DNA of 49,125 bases, from assembly GCA_000934665.2 (NCBI GenBank), contig KZ538761.1, forward strand, positions 1 to 49,125, in the 5' to 3' direction. Below, in pieces: positions 25,604 to 37,822 of the stretch (its first letter is position 1; every line of letters begins with the position of its first letter). This DNA is from Catajapyx aquilonaris (lineage: Eukaryota). The notes beneath the pieces were generated by a model. It was given only the letters and a program-made list of their open reading frames with translations, was not told the origin of the DNA and ran no database searches. Both the position numbers and the translations under genes were made by a program.

Positions 25604-26047
25604 TACACTACCGGCCAAAGGGTCAGAATCACCCCCAAGCAAAGGTTTTTTATTTCTCAAGCCTAAACTTACAGTACAAATTGAAAGTGTGAGGCACCAT
25701 TGCAAGTGTCGTAAATAACGCTACAAACCAAAAAAGGAACGGTCATTCTAGATTCAACAGAGGCGCAGATATTACCTATTTTGTTAAAAAAAAAATCTCG
25801 AAAACCTACATTTTCAACTATAAATATTAATGTATGAAGGTAATCATCACGAATTCATGGTTTATTATTTTTATTTATTATGGCAATAAGTAAACGCCGA
25901 ACACAAAAAAAAATTAACACAACAATTTTAAAAATTTATCAATCGAACTGGAATTTTTAAAATTTGCGGAATTTCTTCTTACATGCACCCAACAATTTAC
26001 CTATTGTCAACAGCGCATGACTTCAGAACTGATATTCCTACAGAAAT

Positions 26048-29012
26048 CTCACACGCTCCGAGGAGTTTGGCTGGTTAAGTCGTGTCAAATACTCGCTCCC
26101 GTTTTGCCTCATCTTGTCGAGTCCCGTTGAGAGTCAAATAGGGCCTCACCTGCGGTTTTGACTCCTGTGGTGGACTGGTGGATCAGTTTCGATCACGTTT
26201 CGGACATGGGGTCAATTACAGCAGTCGACCTGAGGGAAGCATTGACCATCCTTAAGGTGCACTTATGGGCCGAAATTGGCCAGGATCTCCCGCAGTGTGC
26301 GTTGGAATCAACACGGGCTGGCAGAAGGGTATGGAGGCGCTAAAAAGGGAGCTGTCCAAAGACAGAGTGGTGATACGCAGCTTACAAGAAGTCCGGTTTT
26401 GCATGAAGAGGTGTCCTTTTTGAAGGATAGGGTGGTGCAGCTGGAAAACCAGACATGTAGGCAAAACTTACTGTTCTTCGGCATACCTGATGTGAGGGGA
26501 GAAACGTGGGATGAAGCGGAAAGCAAGATCCGGCGGGTGATAGTAGAGTACGGCCTTCACCCTTACCCCAAGCAAATGGAGTTTCAAAGGGTGCACCGTA
26601 TCGGTTCAAGGGTGGGGCAAAGAGCCATCATCGCATTCCTGCTCAGATATAAGGATAAGAATGACATCCTATTGAACACTCGGCATCTAACGGGGACTGA
26701 CATCCAAATCAGCGAAGACTACACGACCAGAGATGCTCGGAGGGACTTGCTGCCCTTCCTCAAATATTACAAATGGAGGAACCACAAGGCCTACTTGTGC
26801 GTCGATACTCTGTGGTGGACAATGTTTCATACCGCCTGCAAGAGGGCAAACTCGTCAAATGCAGCATGTCCCAACCCCCTTTTGCCGCGGCGGTTACATC
26901 AAGCGCTACGGGAGGAAATAGGTTGGCAGGTTCGTCAAATCGACAGTCATCCACATCGCCCGCATTGCTTGCTGCCCCCCAGAAGCAACACAAGGTGGAC
27001 AACTTAACAGCCTCCAGTAACGACAATGAATGGTCGTCAGGCAACCTCGGCCAAGACCCGGTGCCTCAGCATCTTCGGGATCAACCGACGTCGAAATGAG
27101 GAGAGGATAGGGAGCTGACCTCACCAAGTTTGATATCAAACTTGATGAGGCAGCCAGACTCATTTATTTTTGGCGGAAAGTGATATTTTTTAAAGTGGTC
27201 AGAATGGTGTTTCTAGTGTCTCCCCCCCTCAGTGCAAGGAGCATCAACTGCATCCCAGTGTACCTAAAGGAAGAAGTAAAAAAGACAGGAAGGCTACACT
27301 GGTTCTCAAGTGCCCACGCCCCGTATCTCTGCTTCCCCAATCGCCTCCACCAGAAGTGCTGTCCCTCCAGGGTCCATCTGCAACCCGCCCATCCTGGAAA
27401 CGGCCTTGGACAGTGTTATTTCATGGAATGTTGCAGGCAAAGTGTGTGGGGCGGTATCGGACATTTGATCTATCGCCTCTGATCCCTTAGTAGTGGGCTT
27501 GATAGAAACTTGGGCAAAGTCAGTTAAGGTTTCACCATTTTTGCCCCCTCGTTACTCTGGCTTTCATAGCCCGGCAGTTAAAAGGTTCAATATGGGCCGC
27601 TCCTCAGGGGGCCTGTCCTTGTTTATTAGAAGAGCTACTTGTAACCCTAAGCTTTTGGCAAAAGATTCCCACTATATTGCTGTTACAATGTCTTAGCCCC
27701 TTTTCTTGTCCCCGATTTTGCTCATTCTAGTTTATATGACGTCAGCCTTGAATTTTGAAGATATGCTAGCCTCCCTGTGCAATACCTCCTCAAGTTAACC
27801 CCCAAGTTAACTTTTTATTGGGATGGTACCCCTTTAGAGTGGACGAAAAAATATATTTATTTGGGCGTTCCTTTTACATCTACGGGGAAATTTTCGCATG
27901 GAAGCAAGCATTTTAAAACTAAAGCTTTGGTTGAAATCAATAGCCTGTGACCCGTATTATTACGTCTTAAGGTAAGGGACATCCAAACCGCTACTAAATT
28001 ATTATTCAAAGCTCAAATTGCTCCGATTCTGCTCTACAGATCGCAAGTTTGGGGATTAGCTCAGATCAATGTGATTGACCAGGTTCAGAACTACTTCTTA
28101 AAAAAATTCTTGTGTCTCCCAAGAAACACGGCTCAATATTTCCTCCATCTTGAGACAGGCGAGCCCACCTTGTCGGTTGGATTTTTAAGGCTCCTCTGTA
28201 AATTCATAGTTAAGTTACAAAACCTACCTGAGGAAAGATTATTGAAAATTGCCTTTCGCTCAGCATTAAAGGATGCCGAAGCATCGATACACTGTACAAA
28301 CTGGGTGTCATGAGCCCGAAGTTTGTTGTCAATTGTGGATTCTCATGATTGGAGTTCATTTGACACCATACTCCCATTAACTGTCCAAAAGTATTCAGAT
28401 CTTCAGCTGGAAAGGAGTGAGCAGGCCTTGTCCATCTCTGTTCATTATTCCCATTACCGAGAGAGCCGCCCGTTAGTGTCCCCGGCATACTACCTCCAAT
28501 ACCTTACTCCGATTAGAATCACTCGCTTGTTGGTGAATCTTCACCATTGTTCACCTACCCTGTATTTGTCGGGTTGTAGACTTCAGTTTGACATGAAAAT
28601 GATTGCACATGGTGTAATATAAGAGAACCTTTTTCCCCTCATCACATTTTTTTCATATGCCCATTTTTCTGTATCCCCCGCCATCAGTTCTTGTTCAACC
28701 TTCCTTCTTTTCCCCCTGATAGATTTCACCTACTATTTGACCAATTACCTAAAGATTTAGCTTACAATTTATATAATTTCCTGGAGAACGTCGCAAAAAG
28801 AATAGAGTTTTGTGATTAATTGAAGGCTGTACTTTATTCACTTATACTTTGTTAAATATGTACACATTTTCCGAGCTTTTGAAAACGGTATTCTGTTTCC
28901 TTTGTTCTTTCTTCTTTACTTTGTGTTGTATAATTCAGAGCTGCGTCCCCCCAAGAGGGCCCCAGCCCTATAATGGGGTAATCAAAATAAATAAATAAAA
29001 ATAAATAAATAA
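26048..29012 (+). mobile_element. Internally deleted LINE: ORF1, 5' part of APE endonuclease, RT tail and Cys/His motif
   Basis: 16-bp TSD ATATTCCTACAGAAAT (26032-26047 and 29013-29028). ORF1 RRM-like region (QRVHRIG..ISEDYT); SWNVAG at 27421, LIETW and GRSSGGL; YLGVPF near 27858; CTWCN..HIFFICP near 28604; (TAAA)n tail. Confidence 0.92.
26276..27007 (+). pseudogene. LINE ORF1p, frameshifted
   Basis: L1-type ORF1 motifs RQNLLFFGIPD, RVHRIG, RAIIAFLLRYKDK and IQISEDYT. Confidence 0.8.
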
Positions 29013-30698
29013 ATATTCCTACAGAAATGAGGTTTGGACCAGCCGATTTGTTAAAGTTTTCCACATCGTCTGGTCCAAACCTCATTTCTGTAGGAGCATC
29101 TGTTCTGAAGTTATGTGCTGTTGACAATATGTAAATTGTTGGGTGCATATAAGAAGAAATTCCGCAAATTTTAAAAAATTCCAGTTCGAGTGATAATTTT
29201 TTTACATTTTTGTGGTATTTTTTTTGTGTTTGGCGTTTACTTATTGCCATAAATAAAAATCATAAAGCATGAATTCGTGATGCTTGGGGATGATGTTAAA
29301 CTTTTGACCGGTAGTGTACATTGAAAAATGAGTGGCTAACCCCTCAATTTATTACATGTGTCCCCTCCTTCTGCTACAAGACTGAAATTCCTTGGGTGGG
29401 CTATGGTGTGGCGTAGTCGTGAGAGTGGGCTGCAGGGTGAGGGTGACATTGGTAAGGTTGACATTGGTAAGGTTAACTTGGACACATTTAACCATAGAAA
29501 CAAAGTAGTGCCAGGTTGGTCACCTTGCCATTCATAGCGTCAGTACAGGCAGCACAATCCTGTCAGGGCGGTTTATGTAACCCCCTGAGTCCAGGTGTTC
29601 AAAGGTACAGTAATGTCAAAAATGGTATATATATATGAGGCATTCCACGTCAAGCGGGCCACCTTCTGACAAATCTTTGAGGACCTTGACCAAAATTTAG
29701 TGACATGTACTACTCATCGACCTATGCAGGAATCAAAATTATTATACCGCTGTATTGCATGGTTGCAGAACTACAGGGTGTCAGATGGGATAGTTTTTGG
29801 ACATTTTTGCTACGTTCGCTGTGACTTAGATGGCCATATCTCCTAGAAGGTCAGGTCAAATCTTATATTTGATATGTGCATTCGAAATATATTTTTATGT
29901 TCTGGGAGATGGTCATATCCAAAATTGAAAAATCCAAAAACTTTACATGAAAGATGGCAGCCAATATTTTGATTTTGATATTGATCAATAATAATCGACC
30001 CATACGATTTCTTTTGAATGGCACTAAAATGATCAGGGTAAGATTTACTTGAGATTTCCACAAATTGTGGAGAACCGTTTTTCGATATTCGACAAATATA
30101 AAATTATTTTAGGGTGCAAGACGCGTACGGAAAATTTACTCACCTCAATTAACAATAAATTACTCCAACTTTATAGTGATAAAAATTCATGCTGTACATC
30201 ATGAGGATGCCTGATTTAAGCACTCGACATTGGTAATAATAAAAACCGATTTTAGTAACATACTAAAAATATTAGCCGCATAAAGGTAACAGAGACATCA
30301 ATTTTTAAAAAGCCTGCATGAACTTTGTGCGGCTTATCTTTTTACCACGCAATCTAAATCGGTGTTTATTATATTCTATAGAGAGTGCTTATATCAGGCA
30401 TTCTCATAATGTGCAGCATGAATTTTTAACGCAATAAAATTGGAGTAATTTTATTGCTAATTGAGGTGAGTACATTAACGGTACGCCTTTTGCACCCTAA
30501 AATGTTTATATTTGGCAGATATTTAAAAAAAAAGTTCTCCAGATTTCCATTTTCGCACACTTTCTCTCTGGCGGACCAGCTAAAAATGCTTGAAAACAAT
30601 GTATCTCTACAGATACATTGCCAATAATTAAAGGGTTAAACCTATTATTAGCTCTCCTGTAAAATTTATAAAATGGTCTATTCGCCCTTTCTCCTTAA

Positions 30699-31445
30699 GG
30701 GCGCACGATCACGACGATTTTTCCCACTCGCGGAGGCCAAGTTGGGCCGAGGGACGGGTGCAGCGTTGTGTTCGCACCGCCGGTGTGGCCGTCTCGCTGG
30801 AGGTGCGGACCTGAAATTGTCACAGCATGGCGACGAAGAGCCAATTGAGCCTCCCGACCAAGGCTCGATCAGTTCGGATAATAATTGCGCGATCTAGAAG
30901 GGGAAGAGTTTTTAAAAAACGGGTCACGGCATCTTGGCCCAGGATGCGAATTTGGGAAGAATCTCGACGTCCCACGATGGCCTTAGCCCTCCTCTTGCTA
31001 CTCCTCCAAAGCGCGATTTTTTTGGGCCGGTGGTTTTTGCGCAAGTAGAAAAATCCCGTCACCCCCGCAACAAGTAAAATAGCCGGGAGAACTCGCTGAC
31101 GAGGAGCGGTTGGTAGTGCAACCGAGCCCCCCCACCCCACCTCAACCAACCCTACTCTCCAAGTCTTGCTTGCTGCAGGGGGGAACCGGATTGGGATGGT
31201 TTTTGGGCTAAAAGGGTACTGACGATGTCTGGTGTTCTGCGTAATCGTGGAATGCATACCATAGAGAATATCACTGAATATGACTTATACATTATTTTCC
31301 CCGGAAAATGCATTGAAGCGCTGGCCAATGGACGGAACAAATCGACTTGCTTCTTGCGGAAGCGAATCACTGCTATTTTTACTATTTCTTTCCATTTTTG
31401 TTGGTGGTGGTGGTGTTGTTGTTGTTATTATTATTATGATCGTTA

Positions 31446-31490
<45 letters not shown>

Positions 31491-32624
31491 CTAATAATGC
31501 GGTCACTCGCATTGTACGTGTGGGACCAATTTTTCTGACGCATATGCAACCAAACTTGTCAATCGAGTTCAATAATCCTTATATACCCCGGGGGTAGGTA
31601 AGTTGGGGGTCCTCCTGTCGCCTCAAGTGCTCCACCCTCTTCGGCCCTCCAGGGCGATGTGTGGACCTTCCCAGATGTCATCCAAGTGCACGAGGTCATG
31701 GGCCGATGCAGAGAAAGGGAGCAATTAGCAGGAGGACCCCCAACTTACCTACCCCCGGGGTATAAGGATTATTGAACTCGATTGACAAGTTTGGTTGCAT
31801 ATGCGTCAGAAAAATTGGTCCCACGCGTACAATGAGAGTGACCGCATTATTAGCATCATCATCATTAACGATCATAATAATAATAAAAACACCACCACCA
31901 CCACCACCACCAACAACAACAACAAAAATTGAAAGAAATAGTAAAAATAGCAGTGATTCGCTTCCGCAAGAAGCAAGTCGATTTGTTCCGTCCATTGGCC
32001 AGCGCTTCAATGCATTTTCCAGGGAAAATAATGTATAAGTCATATTCAGTGATATTCTCTATGGTATGCATTCCACGATTACGCAGAACACCAGACATCG
32101 TCAGTACCCTTTTAGCCCAAAAACCATCCCAATCCGGTTCCCCCCTGCAGCAAGCAAGACTTGGAGAGTAGGGTTGGTTGAGGTGGGGTGGGGGGGCTCG
32201 GTTGCACTACCAACCGCTCCTCATCAGCGAGTTCTCCCGGCTATTTTACTTGTTGCGGGGGTGACGGGATTTTTCGACTTGCGCAAAAACCACCGGCCCA
32301 AAAAAATCGCGCTTTGGAGGAGTAGCAAGAGGAGGGCTAAGGCCATCGTGGGACGTCGAGATTCTTCCCAAATTCGCATCCTGGGCCAAGATGCCGTGAC
32401 CCGTTTTTTAAAAACTCTTCCCCTTCTAGATCGCGCAATTTTTATCCGAATTGATCGAGCCTTGGTCGGGAGGCTCAATTGGCTCTTCCTCGCCATGCTG
32501 TGACAATTTCAGGTCCGCACCTCCAGCGAGACGGCCACACCGGTGGTGCGAACACAACGCTGCACCCGTCCCTCGGCCCAACTTGGCCTCCGCGAGTGGG
32601 AAAAATCGTCGTGACCGTGCGCCC
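30699..32624. mobile_element. TTAA-flanked fold-back element (Kolobok-like) with ~0.9-kb arms
   Basis: TTAA|GGGCGCACGATCACGACG...CGTGCGCCC|TTAA. Arms ~30699-31615 and ~31728-32624. An empty-site equivalent occurs in reverse at ~46537-46570. Confidence 0.9.
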
Positions 32625-32658
32625 TTAATGCCGACGATGGACCTTCTGCTTCTAACAA

Positions 32659-33020
32659 TTTAGGAAGAAGAGCGAATATCCATTAAATTTATTACACTTA
32701 AATAAATTGAATAATTTTCTAATACAGTGTGGAAAAAGAAATGGCGATCTGACATCATCAAGGATTCCATGTAAATATCTTCACAGTACAATATGAGTAA
32801 ACAGAAGCAACAAAAAGCAACAATGCAAGATACGATGACATCAGATTGTCGTTTGGTTTTACGCACTTTAGTGACTGTCAAAGTACATCAATGCATTGGT
32901 CCAATGCTATAAAATTTTTGAGTTTATACAGTGATACTGCGATTTGTGAGGGCAATTTTAAACCTAATATTAGCTCTCCTGTAAAATTTATAAAATGGTC
33001 TATTCGCCCTTTCTCCTTAA
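32659..33020. mobile_element. MITE with TAGGA.AAGGGCGAATA-type TIRs; family fragments also at ~30640-30698, ~46545 and ~48320
   Basis: Inverted ends ttaggaagaagagcgaata / tattcgccctttctccttaa, with repeated copies in the window. Confidence 0.6.
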
Positions 33021-33173
33021 CACCGATAATATATCAGTTTGAGTTTTCACCAGTCTTACTTAGCTGAGTCGAGGGGAAATATTAAACTCTGTATGAGTGT
33101 GTCTGTGATAGCCTCTCAATGTTGTGGGATGTTTATAAATCAGATGAGACATGATGCTCAGTGCTGTTGAATA

Positions 33174-33744
33174 CTTACAAGGGAAGTGTAAGTGTTGTCA
33201 GTGGAGTTCCTGAATGCAACTTGGCACAATAATAGTTATTAAAGACAATGCAAACAATTTAGGCGAATGCCCACAAGGTCAAAAGTTATGACCTCTCGAA
33301 CTCACAAGGGACACTTTCCAAGGTCTCGACGATTTTCTTGAAATTTGGTACAAGGGATGAAAAACGCACCTAAAGTGACCTGCTCAAAATGACCCTGTGA
33401 CCCCTTTTGGGGGCTACCAATGCACCAAATTTCAAGAAAATTGGTGAGTTTTCGGCATTTAAGACTTGATCTCTGTCCCCCAAAAAGGGGTCACCGGGTC
33501 ATTTTGAGCAGGTCACTTTAGGTGCGTTTTTCATCCCTTGGGGTGGCCTACCGATGTACCGAATTTCAAGAAAATCGGTGAGACCTTGGAAAGTGTCCCT
33601 TGTGAGTTCGAAAGGTCATAACTTTTGACCTTGTGGGCATCCGCCTAAATTGTTTGCATTTTCTTTAATAACTTACCTGCCTATATTATTGTGCCAAGTT
33701 CCATTCAGAAACTCCACGGACAACACTTACACTTCCCTTGTGAG
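33174..33744. mobile_element. Palindromic non-autonomous element of ~570 bp
   Basis: acaagggaagtgtaagtgttgtc...gacaacacttacacttcccttgt; the arms pair almost to the centre. Confidence 0.8.
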
Positions 33745-33819
33745 CTTGGCAAAAGATGAAGAGAAAAACACAAAATCCCATATTCAGTCATTTCCAAAAG
33801 AAGCTGGCAAGCATGTGTA

Positions 33820-33981
33820 CAGTGCTGGCCATATATCGAGGCAACCGCCAGCGACATTTTTCCGAAGCGGCAGAAGAAGGAATCTTGCTCGCCCGGCTTG
33901 TAGCATGCTTATCTTCGATTCCTTCTTTTGCCGCTTCGGAAAAATGTCTCTGGCGGTTGCCTCGATATATGGCCAGCACTG
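33820..33981. mobile_element. Tc1-type hairpin MITE
   Basis: TA|CAGTGCTGGCCATATATCGAGGCAACC...GGCCAGCACTG|TA. Confidence 0.9.
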
Positions 33982-34915
33982 TACCCAGGACCCATACCCT
34001 TACAGCTGGCCAGACCTCTCTCGTCCAACAGCAATGCCCTACCTTTTCCATACATTCCCCATCTACAGGGATTTCGCCCCACGGAGGCTGCCATCCTTTA
34101 CCCCTCCTCCATCCCTTCCCCCTTAGTGTATCTCCCATTTTCGACACGACTGACATTGATATGAGTGAAATTTTGACGTGACTCTACCTTCCATTGTCTG
34201 GACCCAAATGGTTACATTATTCGATGCGCAATTAAAATGCAAAGGTGTTTCCTCAAGGTCTTACGCACATTTCACCACATACCACGCAGCAGCAACTGAA
34301 GAGGAATGTGCCGGTAGTACAGGTCCACGGTACAGGACACACTGGGACACACTCTGCTCGTTCCACCACGGATCCAGGCAAGTGCGTGAAAGCTTCCTGG
34401 TCGAGGTCGACGCTGGCTGCTAGTGACTCATCAGCACCTGAGCCTTTGTTCCTGCAAGACCCTAGCAGTGAGTGGGAGGAAGTCAAGGAGGAGGGGTCAA
34501 AGTGCAGCTCTGCACCGTCTGCACCACGCCACCACGCTGTCTGCCTGCCCGCCAAAATGCCAGATCGTGTGCCAGATTGCCAGATGATCCGGATCTGAAC
34601 GCACCCACGGGCCTTTCCTCCTCCTCCCCCTCCCCCGACGGAACGTCCCCCCCGTTCGCATACAGTAAATGTTTTTGTCAAATCATTGGTTTGGTATAAA
34701 CGTAAACTTGAAGAAGTAATTTTTAAAAGGGAATTATAATGCAACTGAAACTTTTCATGTATGTCAAAGGCCTTCACTTGGCAACTCTGTCCCGTGGCGA
34801 GAGGTTAAGAAGGCCATGGTTTAAGAGTTGCAACCTGAGGGTACCGGGTACGTGTGTTCGTTCTCCTCTTCCGGCTGCCCCGTGTCGTTGCCTGGACGTT
34901 AGGTACTCCCTAAAT

Positions 34916-35347
34916 CAGTGGTTCTAAACCTTTTCGGGCCTCCGCACCCCTTTGAAGACAGTTGGTCCTTGTCGCACCCCCTATACCAGGGGTGATTCAT
35001 TCAGTTCATGAATGAATCACCCCTGGTATAGGGGAGAGCTTCATAGTTAGACTAAGTCTAGAGCAGCGGTTCTCAAACTGTGTTCCGCGGAACCCTAGGG
35101 TTCCGTGACACCAGCATAGGGGTTCCGCAAAAGATTTGGAAAATATAAAAAATAAATTTTTGTACCTAAAAAACAATAGCATGATTGGCTTGAAAAAAAA
35201 TTTAACATAACCTTGCCCTAATACTTATAGGTATTCCTAGCACAAATTACGAGTTAAGATTAGGGTTCAGGGTTCCGCGAAAGAATTATGAGGTAAATAG
35301 GGTTCCGCGGCCCAAAAAGTGAGAACCGCTGGTCTAGAGAACCGCTG
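34916..35347. mobile_element. hAT MITE, outer element
   Basis: CAGTGGTTCT...AGAACCGCTG, flanked by 8-bp ccctaaat / ccctaaag. Confidence 0.75.
35064..35331. mobile_element. hAT (Charlie-like) MITE, inner element
   Basis: CAGCGGTTCTC...GAGAACCGCTG with a perfect 8-bp TSD GTCTAGAG. Confidence 0.9.
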
Positions 35348-35750
35348 CCCTAAAGAATGTGGATCCACCTGGGGTGCAAAGGATTCCAGTTTTGTGTCTG
35401 TTTGGATTTGGACAAATATATTGCATGTTGATATGAATGCAGTGCAATATGTCATACCTTTTAACATTTTCTCTCTCTCTCTCCCTCTCTCTCACTTGGC
35501 TGATAGTGTAGTGGGCATACAAGTGAAACACTCCCAAGTCCAAAAAAAAAAAAAAACAGTTTTGAGATCATGGAATTGACCTTGCCCTTGCTTAGACCCA
35601 CATGCTAGTGAAGGCAGAAAATCCCGGCTTGCTGGCTCATCATGAAACTTTATGACTAAATGGACTTGACTAGGCAGCATAGCAGTAAAGATGCGACTTC
35701 AGGGGGGTTAATTGTAAACATGAGTTAAGATTAACTATGAAGTTAGTCTA

Positions 35751-36001
35751 TATGAAGACCTCAAGGGGAGAATAACCAAGGTCCACTTTTGGTCACACAT
35801 GAGTTACATATCTCAGAATATAGTTTCACTAGCGTAGAATATGATGGTTTGTTCATGATTGTGGAGTAATGATCATAGGTCACTAGCTATGGAAAGCCAC
35901 GAAAGTGGGATTTACAATAGAACCGTATGGGCCTTTGAAATTTGAATATTTCAGTTTCACCTGAGGTGGACCTTGATTGTTCTTCTCCCGAGGTCTTCAT
36001 A
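35751..36001. mobile_element. MITE
   Basis: TATGAAGACCTC...CAAGGTCCAC / GTGGACCTTG...GAGGTCTTCATA. Confidence 0.7.
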
Positions 36002-36007
36002 TGTATA

Positions 36008-36555
36008 CAGGGGGTTTCAGAGTCACGGGTCAAGCGTGTGCGAGAAGGTGGGGAAAAATGGTAGGTGGCGACAACCCCGGTCGGTATTATAAAACAATTA
36101 GAAATACGGCAGTAATCAATTTAATAATACGGCAGGACGTCACATCCTTTCTGTTTGAATCGAGTGGTGCGGACTGGCAGGTTGAACCTGGTAGAGCGGC
36201 TTTTTAGCCTTGCGGGTTGCACTGAAAAAGTCGCTCTCATGCTACACCGGCAGGGTACTGTACAATGTAGTGTACTACTGTTCAGTACCCTGCCGGTGTA
36301 GCATGAGAGCGCCTTTTTCAGTGCAACTCGCAAGGCTAAAAACCCGTTCAACCAGGTTCAAACCACTGAATCTGCCAGTCCGCGCCGATCTATTCCAATA
36401 CAGGAAGGATGTGACGTCAAGCCGTACGGCCGTAACAAATAAATTGATTATACTGCCGTATTTCTAATTGTTTTATAAACCCAACCGGGGTTGTCGCCAC
36501 CTACGATTTTTCCCCACCCCCTCGCGCACGCTTGACCCGTGACTGAAGCACCCTG
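36008..36555. mobile_element. Tc1/mariner palindromic MITE
   Basis: TA|CAGGGGGTTTCAG...GAAGCACCCTG|TA; pairs to a centre near 36268. Confidence 0.9.
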
Positions 36556-37421
36556 TATACCAGAGCTAACTGTACAGGTGACCTTAAATCACGTTAATAT
36601 CCATAGTGGTGTAAATAACTCAAAACTGACAAAATAGGCCCTAGTGGACTTCTCCTGTAAGCCGACACTATGTATGATTTGTGGTTTCTCACATTCTTAA
36701 CAACATACCTCTTTGCCTCTAGCGTATGCCAGCAGTTGACACCAGCAAGACCAAGGGTCTGATTCTTCAAGATGCAACGCTGGTTGGTAGGTATTTTCAA
36801 TGGTTTTGGATTCCAAATAAGTGACAAATGAGACCAGGGCTGACTTCCTAGGCCAGGGCTATATTTGATCTTGTCTTCTGCATCCACTTTCCTATTCTTC
36901 ACGGGTGCCCCAAACGACCCTTTTGACTCGCACCACACAAGAACTGATCACTTGGAAAATCAGCGACTATCTGCACCAAGACCTCTGAGAAGTCCCAATG
37001 TAGAACCAAGAATGAGAAAAAAGGAAATGCGGCTGATAGTTTCCGTCCTTTCCCAGTAGTGGGCCAGTAAATGGATCCCATATGGTACCCTACCCCTCTC
37101 CTGCACACGACGGGGAGGGGTTCTGGTCTATTAGGCATCATTTCTTGGGAGTGAAAACATGTACAGAAAGGGTCAAGGGCCTAGCTTAGGCAGGATATGT
37201 TGAAACATTTTTATATTTGTGATATGACTGTAGTTGTATATCGTCGTGGTTCGGACAAAATTGCGCCACTGTCCGGACCCAGACTGCTGTCCCTCAGTTG
37301 AATAGCCCTGTCCTAGGCCAAGTAGAGTCTTGAGCTATATTCACAAGCATGGAATAGGAGGGTGTAACTTTTATTCTTGTGGGAATATGCAAGTCCGCAA
37401 AATAGTACTATTCAGAAATAA

Positions 37422-37776
37422 GGGGAGACGGAGTGGCGCTGCGGTAACGTGCGCGCCCACGGATGTTAAGGTTCCGGGTTCGATCCCAGCCCGGGGACAC
37501 CCCCTCGTGCAGAGTTCTGGAGTCGTCTCTGGCTTCGTCTCGGGTGGCATCTCCACAGGCTAAACCACCCGGGGAGTTCACAAAATGACCAAGCACCGTT
37601 ACCGCACTGCACTTGCACATCCCCTCCGGTCATCCTGCCCCTGGGCCCGGGCACTTCGAATATGGTTCCACAATGTATACTGTTCGATTGAAAAATAAAG
37701 GTCCGTGCGAATACCCTCTGGGTGAGCACTACCCCAACAATTATTATTATTATTATTCTTATTATTATTCTTATTC

Positions 37777-37820
<44 letters not shown>
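37422..37820 (+). mobile_element. tRNA-derived SINE, family D; its (ATT)n tail resumes at 39886-39950
   Basis: A box GTGGCGCTGCGG and B box GGTTCGATCCC. TSD TATTCAGAAATAAGG at 37409-37423 and 39948-39962. Confidence 0.85.

Positions 37821-37821
<1 letters not shown>

Positions 37822-37822
<1 letters not shown>

Larger units (their letters stand above)
25606..29316. mobile_element. Tc1-like non-autonomous element interrupted by a LINE
   Basis: TA|CACTACCGGCCAAA...TTTGACCGGTAGTG|TA. Internal arms ~25845-26047 and ~29075-29280 are inverted copies. Confidence 0.85.

Noticed and set aside
30820..32503. Pairs of near-identical ORFs on opposite strands, including poly-D, poly-S and poly-G peptides
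   Set aside because: They are a consequence of the fold-back arms and trinucleotide microsatellites.
36594..37141. Short ORFs on both strands and a possible small + exon near 36724-36787
   Set aside because: No recognisable homology or consistent exon chain.
37422..37500. tRNA gene calls at SINE heads (also ~4975-5049, ~15075-15149, ~40700-40772)
   Set aside because: They continue into SINE bodies with tails and TSDs, and lack a complete cloverleaf.
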